Shown: positions 21,460-32,083 of the stretch, piece by piece
Numbering within the stretch: the stretch's first letter is position 1
Layout of the letters: each line of letters starts with the position of its first letter
DNA from: Paracoccaceae bacterium
GTDB lineage: Bacteria; Pseudomonadota; Alphaproteobacteria; Rhodobacterales; Rhodobacteraceae
Direction of reading: 5' to 3'
NCBI GenBank assembly: GCA_031400505.1
Contig: JANNPZ010000023.1
Coordinates: forward strand, 4,277 to 68,276
DNA: 64,000 nt
Translations under genes and position numbers: made by a program
The notes under the pieces: model-generated
What the model was told of the DNA's origin: nothing
Database searches by the model: none
The model's input: the letters and a program-made list of their open reading frames with translations, nothing else

Positions 21460-21729
21460 ATGCCGGTTTTGGAACTGAGGATTGTCAATGAAAAAGGCCT
21501 TCATGCCCGCGCTTCTGCGAAATTCGTCGAGATCGTCGAGAGATTTGACGCTGATGCAGAGGTGACCAAAGATGGCATGTCGGTGTCCGGTGACAGCATC
21601 ATGGGTCTTTTGATGTTGGCAGCCTCGCGCGGAACCTCTATTGAAGTTCGAACGAGTGGCCGTCAACAGCAAGAGCTTGCCGAAGCATTGCTGACGCTTG
21701 TGGCCAATCGATTCGGGGAAGACTATTGA
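21460..21729 (+). CDS. ptsH: HPr-family phosphocarrier protein
   Basis: 89 aa with the GLHARAS active-site His and SVSGDSIMGLL regulatory Ser region. Confidence 0.9.
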   Translation: MPVLELRIVNEKGLHARASAKFVEIVERFDADAEVTKDGMSVSGDSIMGLLMLAASRGTSIEVRTSGRQQQELAEALLTLVANRFGEDY

Positions 21730-21757
21730 AGTGCTGCGACAAGAAGGCTGACGCTTC

Positions 21758-22636
21758 GTGACAGATACTCCGCAGATCAGACCGATTGTAGGCGCCGTTG
21801 CCGCAAAGGCGGGCGGCAAGAAGTATGACATGCGCCGACTGTCATATGCCGGCACATTCACAAACCCGTTCAAGGCAGGGTCGATTCGGGCAATCGAATG
21901 GCTGACGGCGAAGGTGCAGCTGTTGTCCCTGATTCGCAGCTTTGAAAAGTCGGGCGCACCGCACGGTTCCGCGTTCTGGTCCAAAGCAGTCAAACACATG
22001 GGCATCCGTGTGGAAACGCCGGCAGACCAGATTGCCCGTATACCTGCAACCGGGCCCGTGGTGGTTGTCGCCAATCATCCGTCCGGTCTGGTTGACGGCA
22101 TGATCATGGCCGAAATGGTCAACCGTGTGCGTTCTGATTTCCGGATCCTGACGCGGTCCCTTCTGACGGGTATCCCGGAAGTCGAAGAGTTCATGATCCC
22201 GGTGCCTTTCCCCCACGAGGAAAACTCGCGTGAACTTGGTCTGGAAATGCGCAGTCTTGCCATGGCGCACTTGAAACGGGGTGGGGTGATAATCGTGTTT
22301 CCCGCTGGCCGGGTGGCTTGCTCTGAGACGTGGTTCGGCACCGCGGTAGAAGCTGAATGGAACGTTTTCACCCACAAGATGATTCACCGATCAGGCGCCG
22401 CCATTCTGCCGATCTTTTTTCCCGGACAGAATTCCCGCGTCTATCAGATTGCCAACCTGGTTTCGGCGACCTTGCGCCAGGGGCTCTTGCTGTATGAAAT
22501 CAAACGCAGCCTGTTCAAACCGCAGCGCCCCGTCATTGGCGAGCCGCTGTCACCGGATGTTTTGAAGGACTGGGACGGTAACCCGCGCGGGTTCCTGGCG
22601 TGGCTGCGACAGCATACGCTTGATCTGGGCAAGTAG
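21758..22636 (+). CDS. lysophospholipid/glycerolipid acyltransferase family protein
   Basis: VVVANHPSGLVDG (acyltransferase His box) and VFPAGRV. GTG start. Confidence 0.65.
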   Translation: MTDTPQIRPIVGAVAAKAGGKKYDMRRLSYAGTFTNPFKAGSIRAIEWLTAKVQLLSLIRSFEKSGAPHGSAFWSKAVKHMGIRVETPADQIARIPATGPVVVVANHPSGLVDGMIMAEMVNRVRSDFRILTRSLLTGIPEVEEFMIPVPFPHEENSRELGLEMRSLAMAHLKRGGVIIVFPAGRVACSETWFGTAVEAEWNVFTHKMIHRSGAAILPIFFPGQNSRVYQIANLVSATLRQGLLLYEIKRSLFKPQRPVIGEPLSPDVLKDWDGNPRGFLAWLRQHTLDLGK

Positions 22637-22680
22637 CGGCTTGTGCAGAACCGCCCGCAGGTAGCTAGCCCTTCGGATGG

Positions 22681-23556
22681 TCAACGCGTTGGCAGTGGTA
22701 CTTCGCCCCGATAGTCATAAAAGCCGCGTTGGCTTTTGCGTCCCAGCCAGCCGGCCTCGACATATTTGGTCAACAGCGGGCAGGGGCGGTATTTCGTATC
22801 GGCCAAACCTTCGTGCAGCACGTTCATGATTGCAAGGCAGGTATCCAGACCGATGAAATCTGCAAGCTCCAGTGGCCCCATCGGATGATTCGCACCAAGT
22901 TTCAGTGCCTGGTCGATAGAGTTGACCGACCCTACGCCCTCGTAAAGCGTATAGACCGCTTCGTTGATCATCGGCATCAGAATGCGGTTGACGATAAACG
23001 CTGGAAAATCTTCGGCACTTGCCGCCGTCTTGCCCAGCTTGACCACAACTGCGTGCAGCGCGTCGTAGGTTTCCTTGTCCGTAGCGATGCCCCGGATCAA
23101 TTCTACAAGTTGCATCACCGGGACCGGGTTCATGAAATGGAAGCCCATGAATTTTTCGGGCCGATCTGTGCGGCTAGCTAGACGAGTGATCGAAATCGAT
23201 GAGGTATTCGAGGTCAGGATTGTCTGCGGGCCCAGATGGCTGGCAAGCTTTTCAAAGATTGCCTGCTTGATGGTTTCCTTCTCGGTTGCCGCCTCGATGA
23301 TCAGATCGCATGGGCCAAGCAAGGTCAGGTCCAGTGTCGTTCGGATGCGCGCAATTGCAGCAGCCTTTTCCTGATCGGTCACTTTGCCGCGCGACACTTG
23401 CCGTTCGATGTTGCGATCGATCGTCACCAAAGCCTTGTCCAGACTGTCCTGTGCGACGTCGTTCAGCAGGATGTCAAAGCCCGCGAGGGCAAAGACATGC
23501 GCAATTCCGCTTCCCATCTGGCCGGCACCGACAACTCCGACTGTCTGAATGGGCAT
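22681..23556 (-). CDS. hbd: 3-hydroxybutyryl-CoA dehydrogenase
   Basis: VGVVGAGQMGSGIA Rossmann motif and 3HCDH N- and C-terminal domains over the full length. Confidence 0.9.
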   Translation of the reverse strand: MPIQTVGVVGAGQMGSGIAHVFALAGFDILLNDVAQDSLDKALVTIDRNIERQVSRGKVTDQEKAAAIARIRTTLDLTLLGPCDLIIEAATEKETIKQAIFEKLASHLGPQTILTSNTSSISITRLASRTDRPEKFMGFHFMNPVPVMQLVELIRGIATDKETYDALHAVVVKLGKTAASAEDFPAFIVNRILMPMINEAVYTLYEGVGSVNSIDQALKLGANHPMGPLELADFIGLDTCLAIMNVLHEGLADTKYRPCPLLTKYVEAGWLGRKSQRGFYDYRGEVPLPTR

Positions 23557-23718
23557 GACTTTTCTCCTGATGTGTTGAACGCACCTTACGCAGTGCCGGC
23601 ATCGCCGCGCAAGAGCGCCGCGGCGCAGCAGAGTAAGGAGGATTTGTGGCGAAAACGCGATTTAGGCAATTGGAAAGGGATTTGGCGCAGTCTGCAAAAC
23701 GGGTGAGATGACAAGTGG

Positions 23719-24555
23719 GTGTGTTCTATGGCTTACGCTTTTCCGGGCGCGGGGGCGCTCGACTATTTTCCGTGCCGGTATGGCACATCGCGGCTTCTGT
23801 TTCGGGGGCCGCGGCGTGCGCTCGAAAGGCCATATGTCGCCGTTCTTGGCGGGACCGAGACATATGGAAAATACCTGCCGCGACCCTATCCGGCCCTTGT
23901 CGAGGCTGAAACCGGGTTGCGTATGGTCAATCTTGCTTGCGTGAACGCGGGGTTGGATGTGTACCTCAATGAACCGGAGGTGACGCAGATCGCAGCCGCT
24001 GCCGATGTCGTGGTCGTGCAGTTGATCGGGGCGCATAACCTGACGAACCGTTTCTACACGGTTCACCCACGGCGAAATGACCGGTTTCTTGGGGCGACAC
24101 CGTTGCTGCGGTCGATGTTTCGGGATGTGGAGTTTACTGATTTCCACTTTACGCGCCATATGTTGACGACTTTGCAGGTCACTTCAGCCGAGCGGTTCGA
24201 GCTGGTCGTCGAAGAACTGCGGGCGGCTTGGGTTGGTCGGATGAAGCTGTTGCTAGCGCGGTTGCCGACCAAGATCGTGCTGCTTTGGATGGCTGGACAA
24301 AGTCCGATCGCGGCGACAAAGTCGACCCGTCTGACCGACGAGCCGCTTTTGATTGACGCGCGGATGATTGCCGAAATCAAACCTTTGGCGACCGCCTATG
24401 TCGAAGCGATCAGCAGTCCTGCAGCGCGGGCGATGGGTGTGGCGGGGATGAGCTTTGCGCCACTTGAACAGCCCGCAGCGTCCGGCCTTCCCGGACCGGC
24501 AGTGCATGACGAAGTTGCAAAAAAACTGGCACCGGTCATCGAGGGTTTGATTTGA
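23719..24555 (+). CDS. conserved hypothetical protein (I recall it as DUF6473-like)
   Basis: 278-aa ORF with native composition. The first ATG is at 23728 (MAYAFPGAG). No catalytic motif recognised. Confidence 0.5.
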   Translation: MCSMAYAFPGAGALDYFPCRYGTSRLLFRGPRRALERPYVAVLGGTETYGKYLPRPYPALVEAETGLRMVNLACVNAGLDVYLNEPEVTQIAAAADVVVVQLIGAHNLTNRFYTVHPRRNDRFLGATPLLRSMFRDVEFTDFHFTRHMLTTLQVTSAERFELVVEELRAAWVGRMKLLLARLPTKIVLLWMAGQSPIAATKSTRLTDEPLLIDARMIAEIKPLATAYVEAISSPAARAMGVAGMSFAPLEQPAASGLPGPAVHDEVAKKLAPVIEGLI

Positions 24556-24685
24556 ACGCAAACACGCATTGCGAGCAGTCTGCTGATCAATGGCCAGGCG
24601 CCGTGCTTTGTCGCAACTGCGAAACATGATGCGCGCGAGCAGGCACCATGTTCCACTTCAAAATCGACGATGGGCCCGAGGCTCC

Positions 24686-25612
24686 CTACAGCTTTTCAAT
24701 CATCTCGGGTACGGCACTGAACAGATCGGCGACCAGACCATAATCGGCAACCTGAAAGATCGGTGCTTCTTCGTCCTTGTTGATCGCGACGATAACCTTG
24801 CTGTCTTTCATGCCGGCCAGATGCTGGATCGCACCTGAAATGCCCACGGCGACATACAGGTTTGGCGCAACCACTTTGCCGGTTTGCCCGACCTGCCAGT
24901 CGTTGGGCGCATAGCCGCTGTCAACGGCGGCACGCGATGCCCCTACCGCCGCGTTCAGCTTTGCCGCGAGCGATTCGATCAGATCGAAGCTCTCCTTGGA
25001 CCCCAGGCCACGCCCCCCCGACACGACAACGCCAGCGCTGGTCAGTTCCGGACGGTCGGAAGTCGCCACGCGATCCTCGACCCATTCCGAAAGGCTGCCA
25101 TCCGCCGAAATCCCGATTTTTTCAACGGAAGCCGCGCCGCCTTTGGCTGCGGCCTCGAATGTCGCAGTGCGAATTGTCATCACCTTGATCGGGTCGGTTG
25201 ACCGCACCGTCTGGATCGCATTGCCGGCGTAGATCGGCCGATCGAACGTCTCAGCATCGATGACCGCCAGCACCTCCGAAATCACCATCACATCCAGCAA
25301 GGCTGCGACGCGCGGCAGCACGGATTTTGAAAACGCACCGGATGGCGCGGCGATGTGGCTGTAGTCCTTTGCCAATGCCACGATCAGGGCAGCATTCGCT
25401 TCGGCCATGGAATGGCAGTACACATGATCGTCGGCGAAAAGCACTTTCGCCACATCCGACAGGGTTGCCGCTTCGGCAGCCGCTGCCTCGCCGCCGGCGC
25501 CGGCAACCAAAATGGTCACAGCCCCAAGGCTGCGCACAGCCGTCAGCGCTTTTGCAACCTGATCGATTGCAAGCTGACCGTCGACAACATCTGCAAGCAG
25601 AAGAACAGCCAT
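24686..25612 (-). CDS. etfA: electron transfer flavoprotein subunit alpha
   Basis: 308 aa with the C-terminal FAD-binding region [29 protein letters not shown]. Confidence 0.95.
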   Translation of the reverse strand: MAVLLLADVVDGQLAIDQVAKALTAVRSLGAVTILVAGAGGEAAAAEAATLSDVAKVLFADDHVYCHSMAEANAALIVALAKDYSHIAAPSGAFSKSVLPRVAALLDVMVISEVLAVIDAETFDRPIYAGNAIQTVRSTDPIKVMTIRTATFEAAAKGGAASVEKIGISADGSLSEWVEDRVATSDRPELTSAGVVVSGGRGLGSKESFDLIESLAAKLNAAVGASRAAVDSGYAPNDWQVGQTGKVVAPNLYVAVGISGAIQHLAGMKDSKVIVAINKDEEAPIFQVADYGLVADLFSAVPEMIEKL

Positions 25613-26373
25613 CAGATCACTCCTGCTTCATCTTTGAGTTTCGAAATCAGTTCGGCCACCGAGGCAACTTTGACGCCAGCTTTGCGGCCAGCCGGTTCAA
25701 CCGTCTTGAGGACCGACAAACGAGGCGCCACATCGACACCGTAATCGGCAGGTGTCTTGGTTGCCAACGGCTTTGCCTTGGCTTTCATGATGTTTGGCAG
25801 TGATGCATAGCGCGGCTCGTTCAGACGCAGATCAACGGTGATTATCGCGGGCATCTTCACCGTGATGCATTGCAAGCCGCTGTCCACTTCGCGGGTCACC
25901 GTCGCCGTGTCGCCCGCAATCGCCAATTCGCTGACAAAGGTGCCCTGCGACCAGCCCAAAAGCGCCGCCAGCATTTGCCCCGTCGCGTTCATGTCATTGT
26001 CGATCGCCTGCTTGCCGCACAACACAAGCCCCGGCCCTTCGGCCTTGACAACGGCCGCCAGAAGTTTTGCCACCGCCAAGGGTTCGATGTCAGTTTGCAC
26101 ATTGTCCGTCGCTTCGATCAGGATGGCCCGGTCGGCCCCCATGGCAAGCGCGGTCCGCAGCGTTTCCTGCGCCTGCTTCACGCCGATCGACACCACGATC
26201 ACCTCGGTTGCGATACCCTTTTCCTTCAGACGTATCGCTTCTTCGACCGCAATTTCGTCAAACGGGTTCATCGACATCTTGACGTTGGCAAGGTCAACCC
26301 CCGACCCGTCCGCCTTGACACGAACCTTGACGTTATAGTCGATTACCCGTTTGACAGGCACCAGAACCTTCAT
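25612..26373 (-). CDS. etfB: electron transfer flavoprotein subunit beta
   Basis: [20 protein letters not shown]-terminus. Abuts etfA. Confidence 0.95.
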   Translation of the reverse strand: MKVLVPVKRVIDYNVKVRVKADGSGVDLANVKMSMNPFDEIAVEEAIRLKEKGIATEVIVVSIGVKQAQETLRTALAMGADRAILIEATDNVQTDIEPLAVAKLLAAVVKAEGPGLVLCGKQAIDNDMNATGQMLAALLGWSQGTFVSELAIAGDTATVTREVDSGLQCITVKMPAIITVDLRLNEPRYASLPNIMKAKAKPLATKTPADYGVDVAPRLSVLKTVEPAGRKAGVKVASVAELISKLKDEAGVI

Positions 26374-26492
26374 CGGCGCAAATCCCATATATGCCCGAAC
26401 GGGCGTTTCCTGCAGTGTGTGCTGTTACCTCTACAGCACCCAACAGCGCAGATCAAATGCGACACCCGGATGTGTCGCCACGTCGCGTATCG

Positions 26493-26544
26493 TATCATCT
26501 GTTCACAAATATCCCACGGGGGTGCGGAAGTGTGAAACCCCCAC
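26493..26544 (-). repeat. intergenic repeat family copy D (degenerate)
   Basis: Reverse complement reads GGGGG...CCCCCGTGGGATATTTGTGAACAGATGATA. Lies 21 nt downstream of the adenosyltransferase stop. Confidence 0.55.
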
Positions 26545-26564
26545 TGTGCCCACGGCACGACAGA

Positions 26565-27137
26565 TCAGCGCGTGAGGCCCGGCACCCAAAGCACATCGTC
26601 CTTTCCATCGTTGTTCGCGATCCGGCCCACAACAAAGAACCAATCCGACAGGCGATTGAGGTATTTCACCGCCTCGGGGTTGACCTCCTCCATCGTCGCC
26701 AGTTCCACCACAAGTCGTTCGGCACGCCGGCAAACCGTTCGGCACAGGTGCATCTGTGCGGCCAGCGGACTGCCACCGGGCAGGATGAAGCTGCGCAAAG
26801 GTTGCAACTTTGTGTTCATTGCGTCGATTTCGCGTTCCAGCCGCAGCACCTGACCTTCGATCATCCGCAATGGCGGATATTCGGCCTTGGCGTCGTTGAA
26901 CATGTCGGGCGTACACAGATCCGCGCCCAGATCGAACAGGTCGTTGGAAATCCGTGCGAGCGCCGCCTCAATGTCGCCAGACGAATGCTGACGTGCCAGC
27001 CCGACGGTCGCGTTGGTTTCGTCGACGGTGCCATAGGCCGACACCCGCATCGAATGTTTCGCCACCCGCGCACCGTTGCCAAGTGAGGTCTCGCCGGCGT
27101 CTCCGGTTTTCGTGTAGATTTTGGACAGAACGACCAT
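26565..27137 (-). CDS. PduO-type ATP:cob(I)alamin adenosyltransferase
   Basis: [20 protein letters not shown]-terminus. The start shares one nucleotide with the stop of the upstream small gene. Confidence 0.9.
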   Translation of the reverse strand: MVVLSKIYTKTGDAGETSLGNGARVAKHSMRVSAYGTVDETNATVGLARQHSSGDIEAALARISNDLFDLGADLCTPDMFNDAKAEYPPLRMIEGQVLRLEREIDAMNTKLQPLRSFILPGGSPLAAQMHLCRTVCRRAERLVVELATMEEVNPEAVKYLNRLSDWFFVVGRIANNDGKDDVLWVPGLTR

Positions 27138-27346
27138 CAGTTTCCCCCTGCGCTGTTCAACCAGGCAAACCCGACAATCATGATCACGGCAAAGGCTTGT
27201 GCTGCAATGCGATAGCGCATCAGGCGGTTGGAGTGTTTGCAATGAAACTCACCGCCCTTGGCAAAGCTGCCGATGCCGATCATCAGGATGATCAAAACCA
27301 CCAGGCAGGCCAGAATGGCCAGAATGAAAATCGGATCGTTGCCCAT
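27137..27346 (-). CDS. HIG1-like twin-transmembrane-helix small protein
   Basis: 69 aa with two TM helices and a RLMRYRIAAQ linker. Confidence 0.7.
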   Translation of the reverse strand: MGNDPIFILAILACLVVLIILMIGIGSFAKGGEFHCKHSNRLMRYRIAAQAFAVIMIVGFAWLNSAGGN

Positions 27347-27413
27347 CTATGCGCGGCTCCCGTTGCATTGTACGTGATTTAGGGGGCTTCAGGAAAAAAG
27401 CGAAGGATAAACT

Positions 27414-28244
27414 TCAACCGCGCGACAAGATCCAATCAAGAAGCCGCGTCGGCAGCAGCCGCTTCAGCCAGGCAGAGATATATGTCGGTGTGGTCACGAA
27501 ATAACGCGCCTCGGGGCGGGGACTCTCCAGCGCGCGGATCAATTTTGCAGTGACGGCTGCAACAGGCAGTTCGAACCGGTCAGGGGGACCTTTTTCATAT
27601 AGCCTTGCCCGCAGCGCTTCGTACTCCTCTCGACGGGCCGAATTCTTCCAATCGATCCACCGCTCGAAATGTGGGATGGCGTTTTCGCGGATACGGGTAC
27701 CGATCGGTCCCGGTTCGATCAGGATCACGTCGATGCCCGTTCCGGCCATTTCCATGCGCAGCACGTCGGTCAGTCCCTCCATCGCGAATTTGGTTGCAAC
27801 ATAGGCCCCGCGCCACTTGTACCCGACCAAACCCAGGACGGACGAGCAGTTGACGATCCGTCCATGCCCTTGCGCGCGCATCATTGGTATCACCTGACGG
27901 GTCAGATCATGGTAGCCAAAGAGGTTGGTCTCAAAAATCGCACGCAACGCACCGCGTGGCAGATCTTCCACCGCGCCAGGGCAGGCGAAAGCCCCGTTGT
28001 TGAACACTGCATCCAGCGTGCCCCCGGTGCGGGCCTTCACCTCTGCTACAGCGGCCAGAATGCTGGCTTCGTCGTCATAGTCGAGCGCAAAGCTTTCAAG
28101 TCCTTCGGCAATCAACCGGTCGCAGTCCGCAGGATTTCGGCAGGTCGCAAACACGCGCCAGTTGCGTGCCGACAATCCGCGTGCGGCATCCAGCCCGATA
28201 CCCGAAGAACATCCGGTGATCAGAATGGATCGTTGCGTCATGCT
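27414..28244 (-). CDS. SDR-family oxidoreductase
   Basis: ILITGCSSGIG, NNGAF and YVATKFAMEG (YxxxK). Confidence 0.85.
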   Translation of the reverse strand, partial: SMTQRSILITGCSSGIGLDAARGLSARNWRVFATCRNPADCDRLIAEGLESFALDYDDEASILAAVAEVKARTGGTLDAVFNNGAFACPGAVEDLPRGALRAIFETNLFGYHDLTRQVIPMMRAQGHGRIVNCSSVLGLVGYKWRGAYVATKFAMEGLTDVLRMEMAGTGIDVILIEPGPIGTRIRENAIPHFERWIDWKNSARREEYEALRARLYEKGPPDRFELPVAAVTAKLIRALESPRPEARYFVTTPTYISAWLKRLLPTRLLDWILSRG

Positions 28245-28291
28245 GCAACTCCGCTTTTCGCGCATGTCGTGGATGAAGAGCCGATGATGAT

Positions 28292-28828
28292 CTAGCGCTC
28301 GTCCAGTGGCTGCAAAAGGCGTGTTGCCACGTAGCCCGTGATGCCGTCACCCTCGATGCGGACCACGCTCCAGCCCTCGACGGTGTTTTGATCAACGACG
28401 ATCAGCACTTGTTCGCCACGTGTCAGGCGACCAATGATTTCATGTTCGGTAGATGGACCTGCGCGAACATTGATCGCCTTGGTATTAACAACAGCAAGGC
28501 GGTTGTCGGGCTGCGGTTCGGCTTGCAACGCGACGGGGGCCGCCTCGACAGATGTTTCTGCCGCTGTTTCTGTGCGCCGTGCAGTCGTGGCGATCGCCGC
28601 TGTTTCGGGCTTTTGCACGACCCGTACTGGTTGCAGCGGCACAAACACTGCCTTCTGGATTTCCGCCTGCTGTTGCGTGTGCGTCACCGCAGCGTCTTGC
28701 ACTTCGGCTTGTGTTGCATCTGGCAGCGGCCGCGAAATCAGTCCCTGGCGCATCTGGCCATGATCTTGCCCTGCGATCAAAAGAAAGAGGAATAGCCCGC
28801 CGCACAGAACCACTGTCAACCGTATCAT
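28292..28828 (-). CDS. membrane-anchored SH3b domain protein
   Basis: N-terminal TM helix MIRLTVVLCGGLFLFLLIAG. C-terminal INVRAGPSTEHEIIGRLTRGEQV...GWSVV is SH3_3-like. Confidence 0.6.
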   Translation of the reverse strand: MIRLTVVLCGGLFLFLLIAGQDHGQMRQGLISRPLPDATQAEVQDAAVTHTQQQAEIQKAVFVPLQPVRVVQKPETAAIATTARRTETAAETSVEAAPVALQAEPQPDNRLAVVNTKAINVRAGPSTEHEIIGRLTRGEQVLIVVDQNTVEGWSVVRIEGDGITGYVATRLLQPLDER

Positions 28829-28973
28829 GATACATCCAAAGAACACTTTAGCGGTCGCGATAGCATATCCGTAACAGATTCGCTTTGTAAAAGGTGATCG
28901 CGACTTACAGTTGTTGTCCCGCAAATCCGTTTTCCGACTGGACCGGAACTGAAGCGGGATCTACACCACCTGC

Positions 28974-31277
28974 ATGTCCGAAAGCTCCGACGACGCCAAG
29001 ATAGAACCGGTCACGCTGGCCGAGCCGCTAAGCCGTGCCATCGGCGAGCGCTATCTGACCTATGCCTTGTCCACGATCATGCACCGCGCCTTGCCCGATG
29101 CGCGTGACGGGCTGAAGCCGGTACACCGCCGCATCCTTTATGCAATGCGCGAGCTGCGCCTGACGGCGACCTCGGCCTTCCGCAAGTCGGCCAAAATCAG
29201 CGGCGATGTGATGGGCAACTATCATCCGCATGGCGATGTCGCGATTTATGATGCGATGGCGCGGTTGGCGCAGGATTTCAACGTTCGCTATCCGCTGGTC
29301 GACGGGCAGGGAAACTTTGGCAACATCGATGGCGATAATCCGGCAGCGTCGCGGTACACCGAGGCGCGCCTGACCGCGATTGCCGAAACGCTGATGGAAG
29401 GACTGGCGGAAGACGCTGTCGATTTCCGGCCCAACTACGATGGCACCCTGGAAGAACCGGTTGTGATGCCGGCGGCGTTTCCAAATCTGCTGGCCAATGG
29501 GTCAAGTGGCATCGCGGTCGGCATGGCCACCAACATCCCGCCGCACAATCTGGACGAACTGATCCTTGGCTGCCAGGCGCTGATCCGCGACCCCGCCTTG
29601 CCGTTGGAACAGCTCGTCACCCTGATCCCTGGCCCGGATTTCCCGACGGGTGGTATCATCGTCGAAAGTGGCGCTGCGATTGTGGATGCCTATCGCACGG
29701 GGCGTGGGGCGTTTCGGACGCGGGCGAAATGGGCCGTCGAGGATCTGGGGCGCGGGCAGTGGCAGATCGTCGTCACAGAGATCCCGTATCAGGTGCAAAA
29801 ATCGCGGCTGATCGAGAAACTCGCGGACCTAATTCAAACCAAAAAGATACCGCTTCTGGCCGATGTGCGCGACGAATCCGCCGACGATTTGCGCATCGTG
29901 CTGGAACCGCGCGCACGGACCGTGGATGCGGACATGCTAATGGGGATGCTGTTTCGCAGTTCCGACCTCGAGACGAGATTTTCGATGAACCTGAACGTGC
30001 TGATCGACGGGCGCGAGCCGCGCGTTTGCAGCCTGCCAGAGGTGTTGATCGCGTTTCTGGACCACCGCCGCGATGTTCTGACCCGCCGGTCGGCCCATAG
30101 GATCGAAAAGATCAATGCGCGGCTGGAGGTGCTGGAAGGCTTCATCATCACCTTTCTGAACCTGGACCGGGTTATCGACATCATCCGCTATGATGATGAT
30201 CCCAAACGGGCGCTGATGGCCGAAACCTGGGGCCGGACGCACAAGCGCGCAGCATCCGAGGCCGACTATGTGCCGCCCAAACCCGGCCCCGGTGAATTGT
30301 CGGATGTTCAGGCCGAGGCGATCTTGAACATGCGCCTGCGATCCTTGCGCCGGCTGGAGGAGATGGAGTTGCGGGCCGAGCGGGAGGCACTGCGCAACGA
30401 ACGTGCCGGATTGGCCGATCTGCTTGCCAGCCGCGATCTGCAGTCGGCCCAGATCAGTACGGATCTTGACGATATCTGGCGCCGGTTCGGCAAATCCGCG
30501 CCCGGTGGCGCGCGTCGCAGCCTGCTGGCGGAGGCAGCGCCTGCCGAAGAGGTCAGCTTCGAGGCGATGATCGACAAAGAGCCGATCACAGTGATCTGTT
30601 CACGCATGGGTTGGATCCGTGCGCTGAAAGGCCACGTTGATCTTGGCGCAGAGCAGAAGTTCAAGGACGGCGACGCCGCGCGCTTTGCGTTTCATGCTGA
30701 GACGACGGACAAGTTTCTGCTGATTGCCGATAACGGCCGGTTCTTTACACTGGCGGGCCACAGTTTGCCGGGCGGGCGTGGCATGGGCGAGCCAGTGCGC
30801 CTGATGGTCGATTTGCCGACCGATGCCGAAATCCTCGACTTGATGATCTTCCGGGGCGGTGAGAAGCTGTTGCTGGCGTCGTCTGCGGGTGATGGGTTCG
30901 TTGTGCTTTCCGACGAGGTTCTGGCGCAAACGCGCGCGGGAAAACAGGTGATGACGCTGGGGGCCGGGATCAAGACGGCGCTCTGCCGTCGCGTTGCGGG
31001 GGATCATGTGGCCGTTGTTGGCGACAACCGCAAGGTATTGGTTTTTGCCATCGCCGATTTGCCGGAAATGATCCGCGGCAAGGGCGTGCGATTGCAGAAA
31101 TACAAGGATGGTGGGCTGTCGGACGCAACCACTTTCTTTCTGGCGCAGGGGCTGACCTGGAAAGACCCGGCCGGGCGGACCAGGACCGAGGCCAACTTGA
31201 CGGAATGGATCGCTGCGCGGGCTACCGCTGGACGCATGGCGCCACGTGGGTTTCCGAGGAACAACAGGTTTACCTGA
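28974..31277 (+). CDS. parC: DNA topoisomerase IV subunit A
   Basis: 767 aa with [16 protein letters not shown] and the catalytic [10 protein letters not shown] region. C-terminal beta-pinwheel. Confidence 0.95.
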   Translation: MSESSDDAKIEPVTLAEPLSRAIGERYLTYALSTIMHRALPDARDGLKPVHRRILYAMRELRLTATSAFRKSAKISGDVMGNYHPHGDVAIYDAMARLAQDFNVRYPLVDGQGNFGNIDGDNPAASRYTEARLTAIAETLMEGLAEDAVDFRPNYDGTLEEPVVMPAAFPNLLANGSSGIAVGMATNIPPHNLDELILGCQALIRDPALPLEQLVTLIPGPDFPTGGIIVESGAAIVDAYRTGRGAFRTRAKWAVEDLGRGQWQIVVTEIPYQVQKSRLIEKLADLIQTKKIPLLADVRDESADDLRIVLEPRARTVDADMLMGMLFRSSDLETRFSMNLNVLIDGREPRVCSLPEVLIAFLDHRRDVLTRRSAHRIEKINARLEVLEGFIITFLNLDRVIDIIRYDDDPKRALMAETWGRTHKRAASEADYVPPKPGPGELSDVQAEAILNMRLRSLRRLEEMELRAEREALRNERAGLADLLASRDLQSAQISTDLDDIWRRFGKSAPGGARRSLLAEAAPAEEVSFEAMIDKEPITVICSRMGWIRALKGHVDLGAEQKFKDGDAARFAFHAETTDKFLLIADNGRFFTLAGHSLPGGRGMGEPVRLMVDLPTDAEILDLMIFRGGEKLLLASSAGDGFVVLSDEVLAQTRAGKQVMTLGAGIKTALCRRVAGDHVAVVGDNRKVLVFAIADLPEMIRGKGVRLQKYKDGGLSDATTFFLAQGLTWKDPAGRTRTEANLTEWIAARATAGRMAPRGFPRNNRFT

Positions 31278-31287
31278 CGGCGCGATT

Positions 31288-31338
31288 TCTGCGGGGGCCA
31301 GCCCCCGCGCCCCCGGGATATTTGAGCCAAGATGAAAC
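31288..31338 (+). repeat. intergenic repeat family copy A
   Basis: GC hairpin GCGGGGGCCAGCCCCCGC followed by CCCCCGGGATATTTGAGCCAAGATGAAA. Starts 11 nt after the parC stop. Confidence 0.7.
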
Positions 31339-31357
31339 CGTGGATGGCGTATGTTTG

Positions 31358-31690
31358 TCATCCGCTGTTCGGCTTCGGCGCGCACGATGCCCAGTGACGC
31401 GGCGCCGTCAGGCCGAAGGACCAGGATTTTCGCGACTGTCGGCATTTTTCGGGGATCGGGGTGAAGCGGAAGCGCGCAGGCAAGCTGGCGAGGATCTTCG
31501 AGGTCTCTTGGCATGCAAACCGCGCGCCGGTGCAGATGGCGCGGCGTTGTCGCCAAACCGGCAGGTAGGCGCAATGGTTGAGGGGCCTGGGTTGGAGCGC
31601 CATCTGGTCGAAGATATCCGAATTTGCACGTGACGCTATGTCGCGGCGCAGAGCGGCGTCGCCAAGGCCGGTCGGTCTTTGCAGCCTCAA
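31358..31690 (-). pseudogene. possible relic of a cytochrome P450 C-terminus
   Basis: The 110-aa ORF has LRLQRP (ExxR-region-like) and AYLPVWRQRRAICTGARFACQE, resembling the heme loop PFGxGxRxCxGxxxAxxE but off by one residue. There is room for only about 110-130 codons before the next gene. Confidence 0.3.
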
Positions 31691-32083
31691 ACAGCCTTTC
31701 TGAAGGCCGGTTCAGGGATAAATTCGCCGCCTGCTGTTTGGGTCATTCCTTGTTCTTGACGCTGGATGTGTGACGCAGCCCCTCGGGGTCTGGCTATGCG
31801 TGCCGGCGGACCTTACTGGATCGGCACTTGCGTTGCGATTTCCGGTGCAAGGTTTGGCATCTTGCATCGGTTGCCCCCTGCAGACCCCCAGTCGCGCGAC
31901 TGCCCATTCGACGGCTGCATTTTGGGAGGCAATGAGGTGATCTTGTTGCTTTTTGTTTTGGCTGCGGCAATTCAGTTTGAAATCAGATCGAGAACGCCTG
32001 CCGGACCGTCTGAGCGGGCGGGATTGCGTGGTCTGCCAGCAGTCGCTATTGCGGAGGTAAAGTAAGGGTTCCGTGACAAGGGG

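Noticed and set aside
31331-31396. Mini-ORF starting at the ATG of the conserved AAGATGAAA repeat module (MKPWMAYVCHPLFGFGAHDAQ in copy A)
   Set aside because: In copy B the same ATG is followed at once by TGA. In copy C it reads into antisense coding sequence. No conserved peptide exists, so the ATG is part of a DNA/RNA motif.
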